A DNA stretch of 64,000 nucleotides from Candidatus Poribacteria bacterium (lineage in GTDB: Bacteria > Poribacteria > WGA-4E > WGA-3G), in contig OZ242029.1 of NCBI GenBank assembly GCA_965205015.1, positions 4,832,001-4,896,000 on the forward strand. The letters are read 5' to 3'. The stretch's first letter is position 1; every line of letters starts with the position of its first letter. Below the pieces are notes generated by a model. The model saw only the letters and a program-made list of their open reading frames with translations, did no database searches and was not told the DNA's origin. The translations under genes were made by a program, and so were the position numbers. Below, piece by piece: positions 41,201 to 48,713 of the stretch.

Positions 41201-42469
41201 AACAGCCCGAACTGTATCTTGAAAATCTTTCATCCCCTCGGTGTGGCATCCGATACAGGAGAGTCCGTTACGGACGGTTGGATCGCTCGCAGCCGGATTG
41301 GAAACGATGTCTATCGGTGCCTCATCAAGTCGCCTACCGCCGGCATCCACGAGGTAGTATGCCTGCAATCCATTCGGTAAATTGAAGATAATTTCACCCC
41401 CATCCTGCGTGAAGGAGAGCGGATGCGTAAAGATATTCTGTGTCCCGACACTCCCCGCAAAGTCGTAACTTTTCCAATACGCTCCGTATCGAGAGTCGTG
41501 CCGTTCAACAACACGGTTATGATTGGACACACCGGAATCATTGAAACCCGCACGCCAGACGCGCTTTCCTGGGGCATTCCGAATATTTTCAACGACATTT
41601 ACTTCTAATCGAGTTTCGAGTTCACGATCCGTCTCGGGGAGTCCCAGAATATCATGGTAGAGCGGGGGTAAAGAGGCTGTTGCGATGAACCAATCGACAT
41701 GAACGAACGGCACTTCGCACTCCATTGTTTCCCGCAGGTCTGTCAGTTTTTCGCGAAGTGCTGTCTGTGTTGGCGCGTTGAATTCGATCTCATAAGGATA
41801 CTCCGCCTCAATCAACGTCCATCGATTGGTTCCGATCTCCCATTCGTAGTCGCGCAGATCAATATAGAAGATCGTTTCTTCTGAATCAATGGGTTGTGGA
41901 ATTTTAATAGTACGCCCCCAAGAGAGACTGTTCACGAGTTTTGAGAGTGCGCGTTGATAGGCGTGGAGTGCTTCCGTCGTCTCACCACCGTTATAGAGAT
42001 GCGTCATCGTAAAATAACGTGCGAAGGCACGGTCAAAGGAGGACAGTGAGTTGACGTGCTTTTCAATCGTCTCAAGCATTTTTTTCGGTGTAATAAAGTC
42101 GGTGTCTCGTTCCGGTGTCTGCCAATCCGGTGCGCCTGCTTGAATCCAATTACCAATCGTCAGAATCGCAGCGGGAGGGAGTTGGGGTTGTCCCAGCGGC
42201 ATCCGTTTCGCCGGATCGTTTACAAGCAACCGCTTATAGAGTTCGGAGTCAATCGGTTTCCCCGGAACAACTGCGCCAGTCTCTATGAGTGCTGTGTGAT
42301 CAATGATGATTTCTTCAGTAAACGCGCCGTGTTCTCCATGGCAGTTGAGGCAACTTTGCTCAAAAATCGCATACGCCTGCTGGGCGAGGTTCTGTTGTGC
42401 ATTAGCACTTCCGAACCCTAACGCCATGAAAGTTAAAGTGATAAGTAAAAGATTTTTTGCTGTTTTCAT
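38249..42469 (-). CDS. Secreted di-heme cytochrome c / LRR / cohesin / dockerin / FlgD-T9SS-like-tail protein (paralog 3)
   Basis: Same architecture as 23535..27602. Confidence 0.85.
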   Translation of the reverse strand: MKTAKNLLLITLTFMALGFGSANAQQNLAQQAYAIFEQSCLNCHGEHGAFTEEIIIDHTALIETGAVVPGKPIDSELYKRLLVNDPAKRMPLGQPQLPPAAILTIGNWIQAGAPDWQTPERDTDFITPKKMLETIEKHVNSLSSFDRAFARYFTMTHLYNGGETTEALHAYQRALSKLVNSLSWGRTIKIPQPIDSEETIFYIDLRDYEWEIGTNRWTLIEAEYPYEIEFNAPTQTALREKLTDLRETMECEVPFVHVDWFIATASLPPLYHDILGLPETDRELETRLEVNVVENIRNAPGKRVWRAGFNDSGVSNHNRVVERHDSRYGAYWKSYDFAGSVGTQNIFTHPLSFTQDGGEIIFNLPNGLQAYYLVDAGGRRLDEAPIDIVSNPAASDPTVRNGLSCIGCHTEGMKDFQDTVRAVIQRNANPPFNKERALQLYTDKATMDRLVGEDTARYRQALEATGGVFGGIEPVQRFHEAFQRPLDAAHAAAAVGLETEVFLQKIRENAGLQNLGLLVLENDTMKRDTWTSQFSEVVFALDFPAKSAVTPVDPQTERIPGESVHMPDPNLRTAIAEALGKAPNAQITIEEMEGLGRLVARDKGIQDLTGLQSAINLSRLSLNGNQISDLSPIAGLTGLHTLWLTGNPVSDLSPLKQLINLTLLVIDNTHVSNLSPLAGLINLNELGASTPLISDLSPLKGLKNLKVFWFHRTQVSDLSPLSGLNSLEDVAANQGGIFEAISKIETETGIVIDTKHGNISDLSPLAGLTNLRRIWFWGNPISDLSPLAGLTKLEKLDICGGTISDLKPLVGLTNLRNLLLAANGISDISPLAELTNVNTLDLRSNNVSDISPLAGLTHLDYLRLNNNNISDFSPLDGIRQNITLIWHDNPGFPKGGPKIAGPWLWVLLPDADLESGSDLLSEASDGSVTEAEIAVRGAIAGQSIGSSVWTSHELPNTGRIEDMLKRSTPDGTIYGVVSLYSPREQQTMLGVGSRQELKVWFNGTLIHQHGHYDRIGNDYTDFYPVTLQSGKNVLLVAFHSHANGFFGFETGTEYIVSDSGIGYGFPDTPIHIGDTFTVNLNAENVSDLAGWQFDILFDAAVLETVEVNEGPFLKSAGDSTLFQKGTIDNAAGKIKGINALDLSGKGVSGTGTLVSVTFSAKTSGEAKLRLHNLQMGSITGEHIAAESYEIVITIEGQLTIGDVNRDGQVSILDMILIARHLGETAPANAEVDVNGDGIVNILDLILVSQNMGGSNGLAAPSMLSVDDIDGLDPAIIRTWIERAQMEDDGSIAFRQGIAKLQELLLSLIPKETMLLANYPNPFNPETWIPYHLANPSEVTLTIYSAAGEVVRTITLGYQPAGMYQTRGRAAYWDGCNAVGEKVSSGVYFYTLTAGDFSATRKMLILK

Positions 42470-42541
42470 AGTGTATTCTCCGGCTTAAAAGTATTACGAA
42501 TTGATAACACTATCGCCGTTGAGATCGGCAGATGGGTCTAT

Positions 42542-45220
42542 CTATTTCAGGTAGATTTCACCGTCCAAATCAGCAAGGGTGTGCTGAATATTGGTGATGC
42601 CCCTCGCGACAGCGGATGCTTGCGCCGGTAAATAAATCTCTTGCGCTTTTCCGCTGCGATTGTAGACTGCCCAACCATTGGTGAACTCCCGGATAAACAA
42701 ACCCTCAACCCCATGTCCCTTACCATCACGATAAAGGCGCGCCTTCTCGCCTACAGGACGACCGAGGTCCGCATCCCAGAATGGATACCAATAGTGTTGG
42801 TGGTTGTGATTATGCCGCTCACCTACTATATGTTCTCTCTCATGTTCGGGCGAGAGCGCGTATTCATGCTGATGGATGATGCCGGTAACTCCCATGACAT
42901 AACAAACGTAACCATCAGAATGTGTGAGGCTCAACGTCGTAATAACACGCATCATTTGCTGGTTACGGGGAGAATCTGGACGCTCAAACGGAATTCCTTG
43001 ACCTTCAAGCGCATTTATTCGCGGTCCACGAAAGTTCTGCTCCGACCATAACAACGTGCTTTCAATCTCTCGGAGACGCTCATGCGTGTAAGCCGTATCA
43101 CCTTCGTCCAGAATCGTTTCTATGAACGCCCCATTAAGGTAGGGTGCAGACAGTCGAGCTTTATGCCGTCCCGTATTGACAATCATCAGAAAATTGTCAC
43201 CAACAGCCTCACGAATCCGACGCATCATAGATATTCTCGCCGACCACTCGGCTTCAACACCTCGATAGTAAACCCCGTTGTCGTCCTCAAGCGTAACCTC
43301 GCCTTCCTGCCACCGTCCCAAGAAGACCCCGTCATGGAGACTACATTTCGCGACGGCGAGAACTTTCTGAACGAGGATGTCCTGGACGACAGGGTGTGTG
43401 AAATCTATCAGGAAGGTGGAACCCCCAGCGTAAGCTTGAACTCGATCGCCGTTCGCATCTCTTATCCAATGGGGCCACTCTTCAGGGTAGTCGCTTGGAT
43501 CAGCATCAATGTAGTCGAGACTCACAAGTCTTAGAAAGTTAGGATTTTTTGAAAGCAGATACTCCCTTTTCCCGTGTGCATCGTCTATTCTACCAAAGAG
43601 CCGGAGTCCTTCAGGTGTAGGCTGCCATTGCAGATGAAACCCCGGTCCACCCCAAAATAGATCGTGATAGACGAGTTCCTCATCTGCAGATAAGTTTGGT
43701 ACGTTGAGCATATCGTAATACCACGCTGAAAAGACCGAAGGATACTCCCTATCTTTGATACGAGATGCTACCGCGACCCGCGATATATCATCACAGATCC
43801 GGAAATTGCCATGCGTGTGTAACTCCTCTAAGTGCGTCAGCCCATCGAGGGGTGAAAAATCCCGAATATCATTATTTTCTACTAATAACTTTTTGAGATT
43901 GACTAACCCTGCAAGGGGTGAAATATCTTCGATGTGGTTCTGCCAAACATGTAAAGTCTCTAAACGCGTGAGTGCTGTGAGCGGACGTAGGTCCGAAATC
44001 TGGTTCTCTCCCAAATCCAGAAAAGCAAGTCCCGTTAGACTTGACAAAGGAGATATATCGTGAATCTTGTTCCCTATCAGAACAAGTGCTTGCAAATCAG
44101 TCGCGTGCTCTAAACCTATAAGATCGACGATCCCTTTATATCGCACATCAAGGGTTGTTAGGTGTTGAAGATCCCCCGGTGCCAATAGGTGGTGTGCTGG
44201 AAGCTGAAGCGTTTCTCGGACAGCCTGTCGGAGCGCGGAGTCCGGCATCCACTGTCCCTCAGAAAGTTTGAGTGAATCTTTTGAGGCATTGGGTGTTAAA
44301 TGCCTCTCGGGATCGTGTAAGCCGGTACTATTGTTTTTACTGATGGTGGTCGTTTGTCCAATTTGATTTCGCACGGAGGGTTTTGCGTCAGTCTCAAGGA
44401 CAATAGGGGCATCCATAATTTCAACGGTCGGGGCGGATTCAGCCTCGAAGCTGTAAGGTTTCTGAAAATGTGCGAGGTATTGGTTGCTGACGCTGAGCAT
44501 CAACAGGGTTGCTAAAACCACAGCACTCCCAAAAGCCGCCCACGGCAAGAACGGTTCCATTTTCGGAGAAGGGGTCGGTTGCATGTTAGCAACCTCTCGC
44601 ATGATGTTCTGTTTTATACTCGCCGATATCTGCACACCCCCGAGCACTTCTTGGATCAACAGTTCTTCATCTTCTTGTAACCGTTTCCGGGCACGATGCA
44701 GCCGAGTCCTTATCGTCTCCACTGACACCCCCAAGAATTTGCCAATGTCCTTCGTCGTCATTTCACCGAGATAATAGAGCGTCATCGCTGTCCGTTCACT
44801 CTCCGGCAATTTCTCCAAAAGTTTTTTGACGATTTCAAAACGATGTTCGGTTGCCTCTGTCTCGCGCCGTTCTAAGATGTAACGCGCATAAGCGGATTTC
44901 ACCACTTCTTCCACAGGTGTGTCCTCCAAGGATTGCAAGTGTCTTTCAGGTTTCTGTTTGCGCAGCCAATTCAGACACAGCCGATTCGCAATGACATACA
45001 GCCACCCGAGAAACTGGCTCGGATTTCTCAGCGTTGAAAGGTTTTGATAGGCACGGAGGAAAGTATCTTGCGTAATTTCCTCTGCATAGTGGAAATCACC
45101 GATCTTCCGCCACACGAGGGCGTGAACACTTTTTTGGTATTTTTCTACTAAAATGTCAAATGCCGTGTCGTCGCCTGACAAAACGGCATGAATCAACTGA
45201 ACATCGTCTTTTCTCTCCAC
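42542..45220 (-). CDS. ECF sigma factor fused to TM, LRRs and a putative GH-like domain
   Basis: GTG start with SD GAGGAGG; sigma regions 2 and 4; TM; LRRs; C-terminus homologous to 35713..37962. Confidence 0.88.
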   Translation of the reverse strand: MERKDDVQLIHAVLSGDDTAFDILVEKYQKSVHALVWRKIGDFHYAEEITQDTFLRAYQNLSTLRNPSQFLGWLYVIANRLCLNWLRKQKPERHLQSLEDTPVEEVVKSAYARYILERRETEATEHRFEIVKKLLEKLPESERTAMTLYYLGEMTTKDIGKFLGVSVETIRTRLHRARKRLQEDEELLIQEVLGGVQISASIKQNIMREVANMQPTPSPKMEPFLPWAAFGSAVVLATLLMLSVSNQYLAHFQKPYSFEAESAPTVEIMDAPIVLETDAKPSVRNQIGQTTTISKNNSTGLHDPERHLTPNASKDSLKLSEGQWMPDSALRQAVRETLQLPAHHLLAPGDLQHLTTLDVRYKGIVDLIGLEHATDLQALVLIGNKIHDISPLSSLTGLAFLDLGENQISDLRPLTALTRLETLHVWQNHIEDISPLAGLVNLKKLLVENNDIRDFSPLDGLTHLEELHTHGNFRICDDISRVAVASRIKDREYPSVFSAWYYDMLNVPNLSADEELVYHDLFWGGPGFHLQWQPTPEGLRLFGRIDDAHGKREYLLSKNPNFLRLVSLDYIDADPSDYPEEWPHWIRDANGDRVQAYAGGSTFLIDFTHPVVQDILVQKVLAVAKCSLHDGVFLGRWQEGEVTLEDDNGVYYRGVEAEWSARISMMRRIREAVGDNFLMIVNTGRHKARLSAPYLNGAFIETILDEGDTAYTHERLREIESTLLWSEQNFRGPRINALEGQGIPFERPDSPRNQQMMRVITTLSLTHSDGYVCYVMGVTGIIHQHEYALSPEHEREHIVGERHNHNHQHYWYPFWDADLGRPVGEKARLYRDGKGHGVEGLFIREFTNGWAVYNRSGKAQEIYLPAQASAVARGITNIQHTLADLDGEIYLK

Positions 45221-45340
45221 GGAGCTCCCTCCTCATAAACAGATTCAACCGTGTCGACTTCCACTGAAACATCCAATTCGGTACTAAGTCTCGGACTTTA
45301 TGCCATGCAACACAGTTTACACAATTATGTTATGACAATA

Positions 45341-45372
45341 TTAAAGACACAATTTTTTCGTGAAACGTTACA
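45341..45372 (-). promoter_or_regulatory. Putative ECF autoregulatory promoter
   Basis: Minus strand TGTAAC-N16-GTGTCTTTAA. Confidence 0.55.
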
Positions 45373-45479
45373 TCAGGTGGAAAAAAGAATTTATCAGAGG
45401 GCAATTTACGATTCTTTTTGTCAGGGTAGGGATTAGTGAAAAGGGAAGCAGTATTGTATTTTCCTGCTGTTTTGATAGG

Positions 45480-45638
45480 TTATGTTATCTTTTGTAACCA
45501 TGTATATGGATTCTCTACGCGGACGTGAAGGTGCGACTGATAGCGTTTGGCGAGTCTTAACATTCGGTCATCAGTTGTCAGAAGGATATCCGCATCACCC
45601 CTTTCGGCACACGCGATATGCAGAGCATCATAAGGCTT
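45480..45638 (-). pseudogene. C-terminal fragment of a PIN-domain toxin
   Basis: Manual translation KPYDALHIACAERGDADILLTTDDRMLR...VENPYTWLQKIT*; no start codon. Confidence 0.75.
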
Positions 45639-45978
45639 AAATCTCACGCAGGAACCGCATCTGTCCAGATGGACCCAGTTTTCCTGAAATTACGCTAAGT
45701 CCAAACCGATAAACCTCAATATCTGCCATTTCACTTATGTCTTTCGGAGATTTATTTTCGGGTCCCTCTTGTTTTTTTTCACGGAGATCTTGAATCCCTT
45801 GCATAATTGTCTCCATATCCAGACCGTCTAACCACTTGTGACGTTCAGCGGTATAATCGCCCGTGGGAGGCTCACACTGCCTAAGGAATCGAATTGTTCC
45901 AGCACGCCCCAATTTATCCAAAAGGATCTCAAGTCCCAACTCGTAAACTTCAGTGTCTGACATCTCTCGTATGTTCAT
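45637..45978 (-). CDS. Putative antitoxin of a PIN TA pair, with an internally repeated domain
   Basis: EMSDTEVYELGL..L.DKLGRAGTIRFLRQ..GDYTAERHKWL, repeated as EMADIEVYRFGL..ISGKLGPSGQMRFLRE. Confidence 0.6.
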   Translation of the reverse strand: MNIREMSDTEVYELGLEILLDKLGRAGTIRFLRQCEPPTGDYTAERHKWLDGLDMETIMQGIQDLREKKQEGPENKSPKDISEMADIEVYRFGLSVISGKLGPSGQMRFLREI

Positions 45979-46057
45979 TGGTACTTATCTCCTGTAACCA
46001 TTATGTAGATTTCCAACGCGTACCCGAAATCGGATAATTAAGCACTCCCTTTAAGAG

Positions 46058-46083
46058 AAGGCGAGGTCAGGAAACCTCGCCTT
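46058..46083. repeat. REP-like palindrome
   Basis: AAGGCGAGGT-caggaa-ACCTCGCCTT. Confidence 0.6.
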
Positions 46084-46187
46084 ACGGGTAATCAGGGATA
46101 AAATTTACCACTCCCCCGCTAAAGTTTCCCCTACCTTTAGGTAGGGGATGTAAGCGGAAACCAAGGGTGTGAAAGTCTCAATTAAAC

Positions 46188-46216
46188 TTGAAATTATACA
46201 GAAAATGTGGTATGAT
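46188..46216 (+). promoter_or_regulatory. sigma70 promoter inside the element
   Basis: TTGAAA-N17-TATGAT with extended -10 TG. Confidence 0.65.
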
Positions 46217-46222
46217 TCTTAT

Positions 46223-46636
46223 ATCAACGGGATAGGATAACAATCACCCGAAACCTATCGGGTGTCCTATCCAACCCAATTGTTAGGGTAGCGTTGACGT
46301 TGATACTTTCAACAAATACCACTTTTCGATTTATGAGTTATTAGCAAGGTTATGACCCTTGCGATCGTTTGTGATGAGTTGCTTTGGTAGAGATTGTGAA
46401 ATCACCTTTAATTTCACAACCGCCACACTGTATAGCAACGTCTTATCAAAGTATCGGTCTATTCTATGGGGTAATCGGAATAGTCCGTAGTTGTGCATTG
46501 GCTGGCACCGCGATTGTTGTATCGTGTCACCAGTAGAAATACTGGGAACGGCATTTAGACCGTAAGAGTGTACCCAGCGACTGAAATAGGATCGCCAAGC
46601 AAAGAAACCCCATGCTTTAGCTTGCGGGAGCAGTCA
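46223..46636 (+). ncRNA. Putative ~410-nt structured RNA (omegaRNA-like 3' end)
   Basis: Series of hairpins, e.g. GGATAGGA/TCCTATCC, TTGTGAAAT/ATTTCACAA, CCAGTA-GAAA-TACTGG; no ORF of 60 aa or more. Confidence 0.5.
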
Positions 46637-47257
46637 TTTGCGTTTAGAGGGTGCTTCCATCGCTGGATAGATTTCTATATCCGCTCGCGTGATGAGAACG
46701 CCGACGTAGAAGGTCAACCAGTCGCCGCAGAGCTCAATAGACATGTACTCGTCGTTATCACTGGCGTACTCGTGAAGTTCAACATCAAACTTATCTTCCC
46801 CTTCGGCATTGGCGAGGGTAAGGGTGGCAGGCACAACGTCTTGTCGGTTATATTCAACAGCGATGTCCTCACCCTGACTATCTGAGTTAGGAAAATAGAG
46901 GGTCATTGTGTCCGGCAACGGATCGCCGAGTTCACATTCGTCGTCAACAATCCATCGGGAAATCTCGTATTCGTCCTTCGTCCCAGCGACATGATCGACC
47001 CCGATAACGACCTCTTCCTCCGCGTCTTGGACGTGATACATATAGCGGCGGAGGCTGTTACCTTCATACTTCTTCCGTGTGACCAGTTTGAAGGCGTGCG
47101 AAGTATCTCCCGTCTCCTCATACGTAATGATATCGGAGAGTTCAATCATGCTATCAAGCGGAATGTCGACTAACTCATGTCGCTCCGGTTTCTTGGGTTC
47201 AGCGTCCTTTCGTCTACCAAACAGGGGTGTGCCATCTTTTCTACCAAACAGTGCCAT
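46634..47257 (-). CDS. Acidic hypothetical protein (DUF4178-like)
   Basis: 207 aa; C-terminal YMSIELCGDWLTFYVG...DIEIYP. Confidence 0.55.
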   Translation of the reverse strand: MALFGRKDGTPLFGRRKDAEPKKPERHELVDIPLDSMIELSDIITYEETGDTSHAFKLVTRKKYEGNSLRRYMYHVQDAEEEVVIGVDHVAGTKDEYEISRWIVDDECELGDPLPDTMTLYFPNSDSQGEDIAVEYNRQDVVPATLTLANAEGEDKFDVELHEYASDNDEYMSIELCGDWLTFYVGVLITRADIEIYPAMEAPSKRK

Positions 47258-47265
47258 GTTCCCCC

Positions 47266-48432
47266 CTAAAAATAACCCTTGTTATACATCACAACCACAA
47301 CCACGCCAACAACGAGGACGCTTCCGAAGATAAGCAGGAACCAAGTTGCCCCCGATGTCTCCTTCTCGATAACAACGGTTCGTGTAGCAGGCGGGGCGCG
47401 CGTTGCGGGGGTTGTTACCGTCGGTGTCGCCTCGGCAGCGGCAAGGAGTTCCGACTTCAATGCCTCTTCATCTGGCAGCTCATCAACTGTAACAGCCTCG
47501 GCACCCTCCCCATAAAACGCATCAGGGTTCTCCTCAACGTAACTCGCGACATAATCCTCATCTCGGTTTGTGCCGGGGTCTACGTAATTCGCGTTCGGTT
47601 CAACACCTTGGCTCTCGTAATAGTCTTTGTAGTACTCATACTCCGCCTGTTTTTCTGCACTCCAATGCGAGCGGTCATAATCGCGATGGTGATAGTGCCA
47701 CAGGTAACTATGGCGAATCGAATGGTTGTAATAATCATGGAAATAGATACCGAACATGAGGTTGTTAAACGCCATAGATGCCGCCAACGGGTACATTGAA
47801 TACCCCATCATTGGATAGTAACCCCCGAAGTTATTGACGTTAATCGTTTGGCGTGCGTCTCGGCGAGCGCGTGCCGTCTCGCGATTCGCTCTTCTGTTTT
47901 GGCGTTTTAGCGTCCGGTTTTCTGCCTTGAGTTGTCGAACCTGTTTCCGATTTTGCGCTTTCACCTGCCGTTGCTGACTGCGCGTTGCGCTCCGAGTCGC
48001 GGTCGTGCTTCGATTTGTTGCAGTCGTCGCTTTTGCACGGCTCGTTGCCGTCTGCCGCTGACGCGCTACGGTGCTGGCACGTGTACCGGTGCTTCTCGAC
48101 GCGCTACTTCTGCTATAACTGCTGCCTGTACTGCGGGTCGTTCGCGTCGAACTCCGTGGCGTGCTATAAGAACGACTCGTGCTACTCCGACTGCGCGTGC
48201 TACTATAGGAACGCCTGGGAGTGGTACTCCGTCGACTCGTGCTACGACTATAACTCCGGCTACGACTGAAACTCCGTCCTCCCCGAAAACCACCGCCGCG
48301 ACGGCTCTCTACAATATCGGGTGCAAAACTGAATAAAAAGACAACCAGAACCGCAAGGATTGAAAACTTCTGAAATTTACGTTTCACCCTGATCTTCCTC
48401 CTTAGATTTTTTTCGATGGAAAAACTTGACAA
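47266..48432 (-). CDS. Membrane-anchored protein with long Arg/Ser/Thr low-complexity region; start uncertain
   Basis: Signal-like segment, RRGGGFRGGRSFSRS..., Tyr/His-rich middle, C-terminal TM. Confidence 0.7.
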   Translation of the reverse strand: MSSFSIEKNLRRKIRVKRKFQKFSILAVLVVFLFSFAPDIVESRRGGGFRGGRSFSRSRSYSRSTSRRSTTPRRSYSSTRSRSSTSRSYSTPRSSTRTTRSTGSSYSRSSASRSTGTRASTVARQRQTATSRAKATTATNRSTTATRSATRSQQRQVKAQNRKQVRQLKAENRTLKRQNRRANRETARARRDARQTINVNNFGGYYPMMGYSMYPLAASMAFNNLMFGIYFHDYYNHSIRHSYLWHYHHRDYDRSHWSAEKQAEYEYYKDYYESQGVEPNANYVDPGTNRDEDYVASYVEENPDAFYGEGAEAVTVDELPDEEALKSELLAAAEATPTVTTPATRAPPATRTVVIEKETSGATWFLLIFGSVLVVGVVVVVMYNKGYF

Positions 48433-48454
48433 AAGATGCCGAATTTGTTAAAAT
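48426..48454 (+). promoter_or_regulatory. sigma70 promoter of the tRNA gene
   Basis: TTGACA-N17-TAAAAT. Confidence 0.7.
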
Positions 48455-48516
48455 TAAGAATACATGTAAATCAGGGGCGGTTTTATTCGTTAACCTCCCT
48501 GACTTTGAAGATTTAT

Positions 48517-48590
<74 letters not shown>

Positions 48591-48713
48591 TTCTTTTTTT
48601 TAATGGACGCGCACGTCACATTCTCACTGCGAGAAACCTTATTCCACCATTTTAAAGATTATGCTAACATTAATTCAGAGAATTGTCAAGGACTTTTGAA
48701 CGAAAGGAAAAAC

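Larger units (their letters stand above)
46116..46636 (+). mobile_element. Non-autonomous IS200/IS605-family derivative (no ORF)
   Basis: Left-end-like hairpin TCCCCTACC-TTTA-GGTAGGGGA; right-end-like GAAACCCCATGCTTTAGCTTGCGGGAGCAGTCA. Confidence 0.6.

Noticed and set aside
46223-46636. Group I intron (IStron)
   Set aside because: The S-like (GAATAGTCC) and R-like (GCGACTG) words occur in the wrong order, and the element is not inside a host ORF.
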